Virus genome (UHGV): UHGV-0114647
DNA: 17,667 bases
Direction: 5' to 3' (one strand)
DNA from: a virus
Shown here one piece after another: positions 1-6,745 of this stretch (position 1 is the stretch's first letter; every line of letters starts with the position of its first letter). The notes under the pieces were generated by a model. That model did no database searches. It saw only the letters and a list, made by a program, of their open reading frames with translations, and was not told where the DNA came from. The position numbers were made by a program, and so were the translations under genes.

Positions 1-233
1 TAATTTACTCAAAAGATGGATGCCCACAGTGTGTGACTGCTAAAAACTTTGCTCAGGCTCGTGGCTTAGACCATGTTGTAAGAATGCTTGGGAAAGATTA
101 TGAGCTAAGTGACCTGATGGATATTGCAAAGATACCTGTTCGTCAGATGCCTTTCATTATGAAGGTTGAAGACAATGAAATGAAACCTGTTGGAACACTA
201 CAGAACTTTATGGCAGAGGTGAATAATGCTTAA
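1..233 (+). CDS. glutaredoxin/thioredoxin-like redoxin (T4 NrdC/NrdH-like), 5'-truncated at window edge
   Basis: Extending the 33..233 frame upstream to base 3 gives ...IYSKDGCPQCVTAKNF..., a CPxC active site after a beta-strand, typical of the glutaredoxin/thioredoxin fold. Stop TAA at 231-233. Sits just upstream of nrdD. Confidence 0.6.
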   Translation, partial: IYSKDGCPQCVTAKNFAQARGLDHVVRMLGKDYELSDLMDIAKIPVRQMPFIMKVEDNEMKPVGTLQNFMAEVNNA

Positions 234-426
234 ACGTTTATGGGATGGTTTTGTTGAAGATGCTCCGATGATTGCTCTGGCATTCATGGTTACTAGCCTG
301 TTTACTGATTTAAAACAAGGTGCTCTCTTTGGAGCTATGCTAGTATGGGTTATCTTTGAGATATTAGATATCAAACATGATTTGAGTGGAAAGCTTAAAA
401 AGCTTATTGAAAAGTTTTCTAAGTAG
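226..426 (+). CDS. hypothetical small membrane protein (66 aa)
   Basis: ORF with GAGGTG Shine-Dalgarno at 216-221 and ATG at 226 overlapping the upstream stop. Hydrophobic segments (MIALAFMVTSLF, ALFGAMLVWVIF). Followed by an intrinsic terminator. Confidence 0.4.
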   Translation: MLKRLWDGFVEDAPMIALAFMVTSLFTDLKQGALFGAMLVWVIFEILDIKHDLSGKLKKLIEKFSK

Positions 427-437
427 AATTAATATAA

Positions 438-460
438 GGGTCTCTTCGGAGACCTTTTTT
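438..460 (+). terminator. rho-independent terminator
   Basis: GGTCTC-TTCG-GAGACC hairpin (439-454) followed by TTTTTT (455-460). Confidence 0.6.
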
Positions 461-475
461 GCATTAGGAGTCAGA

Positions 476-2617
476 ATGGTTAAAGTACAAATTATTAAGA
501 AAGACGGTTCACTGGAAAAACCAAATGTAAATAAAATCGTCGAAGCAGTTACCAAGTCAGCTAATAGAGTCGGCTACAAAGAGTTACCACTAGAAGTTAT
601 CCATGCTCTTGAATCAGCCTTTATGAGACTGCTTGTCAGAGCAACTAATCAGAATGCTATGCTCATCTCTGTAGATGATGTTCACAGTATTGTGGAAGGA
701 ACTCTGGCAGAGGTAAACCATGAAATCTATGAGTCATACTCAACATATAGAAACTATCGTAAAGAGGTTGCACAGAATTGGGATGAACTTTACCAGAAAA
801 CTAAAGACACACTCTTCTTAGGTGACCGTGAGAATGCTAACTTTGATAGTAGCTTAATCTCTACAAAAGGTTCAATCATCCGTGGGTATCTGACAAAAGA
901 AATCTTTAAGCAGTATCACTTGACACCAGAAGAAGCAAGTGCTATTGAAGATGGATTCATTTATATCCATGACCTGAGAGATTTAATCTTCGGTGGTATT
1001 AACTGTTGCTTGTTTGACATTGGAAGTGTCTTGAAAGGTGGTTTTGAAATGTCCGGCATCGAATACTGTGAACCAAAGTCTGTACTTTCAGCTTTACAGG
1101 TTATTGGTGACGTTGTACTCTCAGCAACTGCACAGCAGTTTGGTGGGTTCACTATCCCAGAGATTGACAAGGTTCTTGTGCCATATGCTAAGAAGTCTTT
1201 TGAGTATCATCTGGAGAAAGCAAAGCAGTATAATATCCCAAGTAAAGAAGTATACCACTACGCTAAAGAGCAACTTCAGATTGAGCTAACCCAAGGCTTC
1301 CAATCTCTGGAAATGAAACTGAATACAGTTCCTTGCAGCCGTGGTGATTTTGCATTCACAACTTTAACGTTTGGTTTACTCGAACCAGACATGGCTAGTG
1401 AAGATAACCGCTTGCAATTTATGATTGCAAAGACTATTCTTGATGTGAGAATGAATGGTCAAGGTAAATCTAAGAAGCCTGTTGTATTCCCTAAACTGGT
1501 TTACATTTATGATGAGACAAGGCACATGTTAGACCCTTGGCAGGGAACTCTTTATGACAAAGCTATTGAGTGCTGTTCTAAAGCTATGTATCCAGACTTC
1601 TTAAGTGTTTCTGGTCATGGTTCTGTTGCAGAAGCTTTTGAGCGTTCAGGTGCAGTCATCTCTCCAATGGGTTGTAGGGCTTTCTTATCACCATATTATG
1701 ATGAAGATGGTAAAGAGTTCTACACAGGGCGAGCAAATATCGGTGCAGTATCTCTCAATCTGCCAATGATTTACAAGTATTCTGAAGAGAATGGTTTAGA
1801 CTTCTGGACAGAACTTGACAAGTATCTTGAGATGATTAGAAGCTTTCATAAAAAGCGTTATGAGATGATTGCTAATATGCCAGCAAGCTCTAACCCTCTA
1901 GCATTCACACAAGGTGGTTTGTATAAAGGCCATAAGAAGCCAACTGACAAGATTGGTTGGGATACTGTGAAATCTTTTACAGCCTCTTTCGGTGTTACTG
2001 CATTAGATGAGTTAACAGTACTTGCACAAGGTAAAAGATTACATGAGTCAGACGGTGATATTGCAAGTAAGGTTTTAAACTACCTGAATGGCAAGCTGGA
2101 GCAGTTTAAACAGGAAGATGGTTTCTTGTATGCCCTCTATGGTACACCTGCTGAGAGCCTTTGTGGTACGCAATTGAAGCAGTTTAGAAACATGTTTGGA
2201 GTTATTAAAGGTGTATCTGATAAAGAATACTTTACAAACAGTTTCCACATGAATGTTGGTGCGGATATTACACCATTTGAAAAGCAAGACTTAGAAGAAC
2301 CTTTCTTCCATGCTTGTAATGGAGGACATATCCAGTACATTCGTATTGCTAACCCAGAGAATCATAAAGCTATCAGGGCTTGTGTGACAAGAGGTATGGG
2401 TAAAGGTTTCTATCAAGGTGTTAACTTTGACTTGGCAATCTGTGAGAATTGTGGTCACCGTCCAAGTGCAGATGTTGAATTGTGTCCTAAGTGTAACTCA
2501 CATGATATCTCTGTGATTAACCGTGTATGTGGATACCTTGGTTGGACTAAGATTAAAGGTACTTCCAGAATGAATGATGCAAAAATTGCTGAAATTCAGG
2601 ATAGAAAATCTATGTAA
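476..2617 (+). CDS. nrdD: anaerobic ribonucleoside-triphosphate reductase (class III RNR) NrdD
   Basis: 713 aa from the internal ATG at 476 (RBS AGGAG at 466-470). C-terminus carries a Zn ribbon (CENCGH...CPKCNSH) and the glycyl-radical motif RVCGYLG, the class III RNR signature. No intron or homing endonuclease interruption visible. Confidence 0.9.
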   Translation: MVKVQIIKKDGSLEKPNVNKIVEAVTKSANRVGYKELPLEVIHALESAFMRLLVRATNQNAMLISVDDVHSIVEGTLAEVNHEIYESYSTYRNYRKEVAQNWDELYQKTKDTLFLGDRENANFDSSLISTKGSIIRGYLTKEIFKQYHLTPEEASAIEDGFIYIHDLRDLIFGGINCCLFDIGSVLKGGFEMSGIEYCEPKSVLSALQVIGDVVLSATAQQFGGFTIPEIDKVLVPYAKKSFEYHLEKAKQYNIPSKEVYHYAKEQLQIELTQGFQSLEMKLNTVPCSRGDFAFTTLTFGLLEPDMASEDNRLQFMIAKTILDVRMNGQGKSKKPVVFPKLVYIYDETRHMLDPWQGTLYDKAIECCSKAMYPDFLSVSGHGSVAEAFERSGAVISPMGCRAFLSPYYDEDGKEFYTGRANIGAVSLNLPMIYKYSEENGLDFWTELDKYLEMIRSFHKKRYEMIANMPASSNPLAFTQGGLYKGHKKPTDKIGWDTVKSFTASFGVTALDELTVLAQGKRLHESDGDIASKVLNYLNGKLEQFKQEDGFLYALYGTPAESLCGTQLKQFRNMFGVIKGVSDKEYFTNSFHMNVGADITPFEKQDLEEPFFHACNGGHIQYIRIANPENHKAIRACVTRGMGKGFYQGVNFDLAICENCGHRPSADVELCPKCNSHDISVINRVCGYLGWTKIKGTSRMNDAKIAEIQDRKSM

Positions 2618-2628
2618 GTAGTTGACAA

Positions 2629-2668
2629 GGTGGTGTAGGTCTTGATAGGCTTACATCACCTTTTTATT
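2629..2668 (+). terminator. probable intrinsic terminator after nrdD
   Basis: GGTGGTGTAGG (2629-2639) pairs with CTTACATCACC (2650-2660) allowing two G-U wobbles, followed by TTTTTATT. Confidence 0.4.
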
Positions 2669-2680
2669 GGAGATAATAAA

Positions 2681-2863
2681 ATGTTGAAAATTGGCAAGGT
2701 TTACCTTTTCGTTGCAGGAAAGTCTAATCGCACACTTGAGGCTGTCCTCAAACATGTATCTGAAAATAAATACACTGTGTCTTGGCAAGGTTCTAATGGG
2801 GTATGGTATGACGAGGACTTAACAAAAAACGTTTGGAAAGTTTATCAAGAGGTCACAGCATGA
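2681..2863 (+). CDS. hypothetical protein (60 aa)
   Basis: ATG at 2681 preceded by GGAGAT (2670-2675). Stop overlaps the next start (ATGA). Confidence 0.4.
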   Translation: MLKIGKVYLFVAGKSNRTLEAVLKHVSENKYTVSWQGSNGVWYDEDLTKNVWKVYQEVTA

Positions 2864-3123
2864 GCTATGATAATTGGTTAAAAATGTGGCTATGGATACT
2901 TGGAATTGTATTAGCAGCTATGATAGGATTTCTAGTATATGACACCTATCAAACAAGAATTTGGATGAATGCAAACAATTGCCAGAAAACATCACAAAGC
3001 AGGGAATACATGTACTACATGACAGTAATCTCAGGCAACACTACAATCATCGTCCCACAAATAGGGACAGAGTACCTGTATGTTTGTGATAACAACCAAA
3101 CAATATGGTGGTATGGCGAATGA
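2860..3123 (+). CDS. hypothetical membrane protein (87 aa)
   Basis: ATG at 2860 with AGAGGT upstream, ATGA-coupled to the previous gene. N-terminal TM segment WLKMWLWILGIVLAAMIGFLVY. Confidence 0.4.
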   Translation: MSYDNWLKMWLWILGIVLAAMIGFLVYDTYQTRIWMNANNCQKTSQSREYMYYMTVISGNTTIIVPQIGTEYLYVCDNNQTIWWYGE

Positions 3124-3230
3124 TTAAAACATTCTTGTTAGTCACCTTAGTAGGCTCTGCCTTACTAGGTTTCTTGTTAGGGCTTTTATATAACACATTG
3201 AAAGGAAAGAAAGATGACCAGATTAAATAA
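3120..3230 (+). CDS. putative micro-protein, single TM helix (36 aa)
   Basis: Below the ORF-track cutoff. ATG at 3120 overlaps the upstream stop (ATGA), GGTGG 8 nt upstream. Translates to MIKTFLLVTLVGSALLGFLLGLLYNTLKGKKDDQIK, a TM helix with a basic tail. Confidence 0.25.
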   Translation: MIKTFLLVTLVGSALLGFLLGLLYNTLKGKKDDQIK

Positions 3231-3606
3231 AAATCAAATAAATTGGCTTAAAAACTATACTTTAGAGTGTGGCTCTTGTGAGAAAACTCACAGAAAATAT
3301 TCCTCATTCTATGTAGCCTACACATTGATGATAGATGAAGTGGTCATTGGTTCTGCTGAAATAGAAGGCTTCAACATCCCCCACTCGCTGTGTGGTAAAG
3401 TTTTGGTAGCAACGGGTACATGGTCAGATTCAGACGGCACAGATATTGGTGACATGTCTTTCTACAGCATTGAGCAAACAATGAATCCAAAGTATGTTGC
3501 TTTGATGACTCGTGCTCAGGAAGATGAACTGCTTCAGGAATTTATTAAAGAGCACTGTGAAGAGTACATCACAAAGCATGTGAGTTTTGAAGTTGAGGTG
3601 TACTAA
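3214..3606 (+). CDS. hypothetical protein (130 aa)
   Basis: ORF with GGAAAG upstream. Stop overlaps the nrdG start (TAATG), suggesting translational coupling. No recognisable motif. Confidence 0.5.
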   Translation: MTRLNKNQINWLKNYTLECGSCEKTHRKYSSFYVAYTLMIDEVVIGSAEIEGFNIPHSLCGKVLVATGTWSDSDGTDIGDMSFYSIEQTMNPKYVALMTRAQEDELLQEFIKEHCEEYITKHVSFEVEVY

Positions 3607-4091
3607 TGAACTACATGGAAATACGAAAATTCGATACAGCAAACGGTGAAGGTGCTCGTGTTAGTCTTTTTGTAGCTGGCTGCAAACACCACTGTGAAGG
3701 TTGCTTTAACAGGGAGTCTTGGAAGTTTAATGCTGGTAAAGAGTTTACTTATGCAAACCTTTATGGCATTATGCAGATAATGAATGATGATGGAATCAGT
3801 GGTCTATCTATCCTTGGTGGAGAACCACTTGATGATAGGAATGTTCAGACAGTAACAAATATCTGTAAGCGGATTAAAACCGTATACCCAGACAAATCTA
3901 TATGGTTATGGACAGGTTACCAGCTACATGAAAAAATTAACTTAGAAGTGATGAAATATGTTGACGTGGTAATAGATGGTAAGTATGATGCTTCTAAACC
4001 AACACACAAACCATATCGTGGGTCTGACAATCAAATACTTTGGAGAAAAGAATATGGCTGGCAAGGCGACTGTCAATGGAGAGCAGAATAG
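3606..4091 (+). CDS. nrdG: anaerobic ribonucleotide reductase activating protein NrdG (radical SAM)
   Basis: N-terminus MNYMEIRKFDTANGEGARVSLFVAGCKHHCEGCFN contains the Cx3Cx2C radical-SAM cluster motif. Size of 161 aa and placement near nrdD fit. Confidence 0.85.
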   Translation: MNYMEIRKFDTANGEGARVSLFVAGCKHHCEGCFNRESWKFNAGKEFTYANLYGIMQIMNDDGISGLSILGGEPLDDRNVQTVTNICKRIKTVYPDKSIWLWTGYQLHEKINLEVMKYVDVVIDGKYDASKPTHKPYRGSDNQILWRKEYGWQGDCQWRAE

Positions 4092-4116
4092 AGCGGGTTT
4101 TCGAAGAGGTGAGATT

Positions 4117-4374
4117 ATGACCATCTCTTGCAATAGCTCACTGTTTGGAGAGTATAAGGTTAACCCTAACACTCTTGAAGATTGGCAGAAGTACACAAAG
4201 AGTCTTTTTGATACAACCGGACTAGACGCTTTAAAAAAGCTTGCAGAAGTTGAAGTTTTCAGAGTAAAATATAAGTCACACATGTCAAACTTCTACGCAA
4301 CAAATATTGTTGAAGATGACAAAGTGGTTTCCGTAACAGAAGAAGAACTGAAACAGTTCTGTATTAAACTTTAA
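4117..4374 (+). CDS. hypothetical protein (85 aa; alternative start at 4054)
   Basis: ATG at 4117 with GAGGTGA Shine-Dalgarno at 4106-4112. The same frame is open from 3976 and has another ATG at 4054 with GGAG upstream, which would overlap the nrdG 3' end. Confidence 0.45.
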   Translation: MTISCNSSLFGEYKVNPNTLEDWQKYTKSLFDTTGLDALKKLAEVEVFRVKYKSHMSNFYATNIVEDDKVVSVTEEELKQFCIKL

Positions 4375-4389
4375 TAGAGAGATATTAAA

Positions 4390-4647
4390 ATGGGAATTTT
4401 TTCAAACATGAAAGCAGGTTTCTTAGCAGCTCTGGCAAAAGCAGCAGCTATCGTTTCAATGACTGGTAAGCAGGTTGGAGTAGACGCTTCAGCAGTTGCA
4501 CAGGTTCTTGCAAGCCAGATTGAACAGCAACCTTACATCCATGTTGGACGTGGTAAAGGTGGTAAGAAGCAAGCTCATCGCCAAACTGGTGCAGCAGCAA
4601 TTAAACGTGCAGCTAAAAAAGCTCGCAACCGCAAACGTAGCAAGTAA
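4390..4647 (+). CDS. hypothetical Ala-rich protein with strongly basic C-terminal tail (85 aa)
   Basis: ORF translation; C-terminus GKGGKKQAHRQTGAAAIKRAAKKARNRKRSK. Confidence 0.5.
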   Translation: MGIFSNMKAGFLAALAKAAAIVSMTGKQVGVDASAVAQVLASQIEQQPYIHVGRGKGGKKQAHRQTGAAAIKRAAKKARNRKRSK

Positions 4648-4658
4648 GGATTATTAAA

Positions 4659-4970
4659 ATGGAAAAGGTTTATAACACTCGTAAAATTCAGATTTCTATC
4701 CTGTGCCAGTTTATGGCTGATAAACACAACTCCCACTATTGTGGTACAGGTTTCCTTACTTTAGGTGGTGGCTACATTAGCTTTAAAGAAGCTGTGAAGA
4801 TGTACAACGAGCACCCTGAAGGTGACAAAGAGTTGAAACAACTGAAGCTTACTTATGACAAGAAGCGTAAGAAAATTGTATGCTTGAACAACCTTATCAA
4901 GCCAACTGAAAACGTTTATGATGCAATTGGTGAGGAAGGTTTCTTAAAAGTCTTGAAAATAGCTCAGTAA
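4659..4970 (+). CDS. hypothetical protein (103 aa)
   Basis: ORF with AAGGA upstream of the ATG. No recognisable motif. Confidence 0.5.
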   Translation: MEKVYNTRKIQISILCQFMADKHNSHYCGTGFLTLGGGYISFKEAVKMYNEHPEGDKELKQLKLTYDKKRKKIVCLNNLIKPTENVYDAIGEEGFLKVLKIAQ

Positions 4971-4982
4971 ACGTATATGATT

Positions 4983-5014
4983 AGGGAACTGTAAAAGGTT
5001 CCCTTTTTTATTTT
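4983..5014 (+). terminator. rho-independent terminator
   Basis: AGGGAAC-(8 nt loop)-GTTCCCT hairpin followed by a T-rich run TTTTTTATTTT. Confidence 0.6.
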
Positions 5015-5023
5015 GGAGAAATC

Positions 5024-5539
5024 ATGTACCATTCAAATCTGAAACGTGCTGCTGCAATGTCTGTTCTTCGTCTTGATTTTGATGAGCGTCAAGAGTTCAT
5101 CGAGTCACATCAGTATGACTCTTCAAATTCTAATCACATGGTGCTTTGGAATCGTGGTAAGTTCCGTGATAGTGCCTTGTTCCAGTACTACCCTCATTAC
5201 ACTATTGACAACCTCTATGAATACTGCGTTGTCAAGAACACTATTGCAACCCTTAATAAGCTTTGTAGATATTCTGGAAAGAAAGCTTTCACATTAGGCC
5301 ACCATAAGCCTGTGACAAAAGGTGGAGAGCACCATTGCTCGAACTGGTTTATTCAGACTCAAGAAGATAACCAGAAGCAGGGAGAGAAGCTTCCAGAAGC
5401 CCCTAAGATGACTTGGGAGGAACAGAAAGCATATCTTAAAAATAATATGCCACCAATGCTTGACAGGGAATATGCAGTTCTGGCAATATCACTCTTGTTG
5501 AAGCTTGAGACAGTTTATGAGGCAACTTATCATGGCTAG
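5024..5539 (+). CDS. hypothetical protein with possible HNH-like motif (171 aa)
   Basis: GGAGAA RBS. Segment GHHKPVTKGGEHHCSNWFIQTQEDNQKQ loosely resembles the HH-x-P-x3-GG...N core of HNH nucleases. Weak. Confidence 0.45.
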   Translation: MYHSNLKRAAAMSVLRLDFDERQEFIESHQYDSSNSNHMVLWNRGKFRDSALFQYYPHYTIDNLYEYCVVKNTIATLNKLCRYSGKKAFTLGHHKPVTKGGEHHCSNWFIQTQEDNQKQGEKLPEAPKMTWEEQKAYLKNNMPPMLDREYAVLAISLLLKLETVYEATYHG

Positions 5540-5810
5540 AGAACAATGGGATATCAAAGAGCTAATTAGCGAAGCTGGAAATGGTAGTGAGATGTATATG
5601 ATACGTGGTCACGTCCCAGATGCACTTGCTATTGAGATGATAGACCACTACTCCAACGGATTCTATAAAGAGTTTGGAGAGCCAAATATTGAACGTACTT
5701 GGACAAAACCAGTACCAGACGGAACAGGAAACTGTTCAGTTATCTACCATATTGTAGACCCAAAGAAATGTAAATCAGCTATGGCTGTAACATTTGTAAC
5801 TTTTGATTGA
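5532..5810 (+). CDS. hypothetical protein (92 aa)
   Basis: ATG at 5532 overlapping the upstream gene by 8 nt. No recognisable motif. Confidence 0.4.
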   Translation: MAREQWDIKELISEAGNGSEMYMIRGHVPDALAIEMIDHYSNGFYKEFGEPNIERTWTKPVPDGTGNCSVIYHIVDPKKCKSAMAVTFVTFD

Positions 5811-5820
5811 GAGAAATATT

Positions 5821-6702
5821 ATGAAAACTACTATTCGAGTTCTACTTAATTCAAATTCCAAAGGTTCTCATCAAGAGACCTTCAACATTATCCAGTTCCC
5901 TTCTGGGGAGATTGGTGGTAACTTCTCAGAAGACTTAGTAGACTTTGCTGAACATGCTGCTGGTAAGATTGAAAACGTAATATTCACTGTACAAGGTTAT
6001 GACAAAGACACACTCTTTGCATTGGCTATGGCTAAAGAAGCAATTGACCGTTTGATTCCTCAGAAAGCAACCCTGAAAACTGTTGTCTTTGGATTCTTAC
6101 CAAATGCTCGCTATGACCGTCACATGTTTAAAGGTGATGCAGCAGCACTTAAAGTCTTTGCAAATCTTGTAAATGCTATGGAGTTCGATGCAGTATGTGC
6201 TCTGGATACTCACAGTAATGTTGCAGAGAATTTGTTTAAGAGCTTCTACAACCTCCCTCAAAAAGAGGCAGCAGTCCACTTTGCAAGTGACCCACGCATT
6301 GATTACTTAGTGGCTCCAGATGCAGGTGCAGCTAAGAAGACTGAAGAGGCTGCTAAAGAGGTTGAGAAACCTTACATTACAATGGCTAAGGTACGAAACC
6401 TGAAAACTGGTGAAATCACTGGTATGCGAATCCTTGATGATGTAGACTTGACAGGTAAGACCATCATGATTCTGGATGATATCTGTGACGGTGGTCGAAC
6501 ATTTATCGAGGCTGCAAAGTATCTTCGTGAAGCTGGAGCAGAACGTGTAGAACTGTATGTCACTCATGGGATTTTCTCTAAAGGTGTTGAAAATCTCCTT
6601 GACAATGGTATCGACCATATCTACACTACAAACTCACTAGGGGATGAAAAAGACCGTGGTCTTTCCCACTTCTCACAAGTGACCGTAGCAAATATTGAAT
6701 AA
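5821..6702 (+). CDS. ribose-phosphate pyrophosphokinase family protein (Prs-like); candidate ADP-ribose pyrophosphokinase
   Basis: Prs-family landmarks in order: FGFLPNARYDRH (compare FPYxxYARQDR), LDTHS (compare DLHA), LVAPDAGA (compare VVSPDxGG), and the PRPP-binding loop ILDDICDGGRT (compare DDMIDTGGT). Divergent from housekeeping Prs at several of these conserved positions. Confidence 0.8.
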   Translation: MKTTIRVLLNSNSKGSHQETFNIIQFPSGEIGGNFSEDLVDFAEHAAGKIENVIFTVQGYDKDTLFALAMAKEAIDRLIPQKATLKTVVFGFLPNARYDRHMFKGDAAALKVFANLVNAMEFDAVCALDTHSNVAENLFKSFYNLPQKEAAVHFASDPRIDYLVAPDAGAAKKTEEAAKEVEKPYITMAKVRNLKTGEITGMRILDDVDLTGKTIMILDDICDGGRTFIEAAKYLREAGAERVELYVTHGIFSKGVENLLDNGIDHIYTTNSLGDEKDRGLSHFSQVTVANIE

Positions 6703-6708
6703 AAACTT

Positions 6709-6726
6709 TAGGGGCTGAAAGCCCCA
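6709..6726 (+). other. intergenic hairpin GGGGCT-GAA-AGCCCC without a clear U-tract
   Basis: Perfect 6 bp GC-rich stem 20 nt upstream of the NAMPT-like start. Near-identical hairpin recurs at 11570-11587. Confidence 0.4.
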
Positions 6727-6745
6727 CTTTGAGAGAGATAAAAAG

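Noticed and set aside
476-2617. Group I intron or homing endonuclease within nrdD, as in T4
   Set aside because: The reading frame is continuous for 713 aa, with the catalytic C-terminal motifs in frame and no internal stop or inserted ORF.
2622-2650. TTGACA hexamer right after the nrdD stop as a promoter
   Set aside because: No acceptable -10 hexamer at 16-18 nt spacing (GATAGG/TAGGCT). The sequence is better explained as part of the terminator hairpin.
3976-4374. Full 132 aa ORF starting at 3976 overlapping nrdG by 116 nt
   Set aside because: The first Met has no RBS and the overlap with nrdG is long. Internal starts at 4117 (good Shine-Dalgarno) or 4054 are more plausible.
6709-6730. Hairpin after the Prs-like gene as a standard intrinsic terminator
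   Set aside because: The stem is followed by ACTTTGAG rather than a U-tract. Kept as a hairpin of uncertain function.
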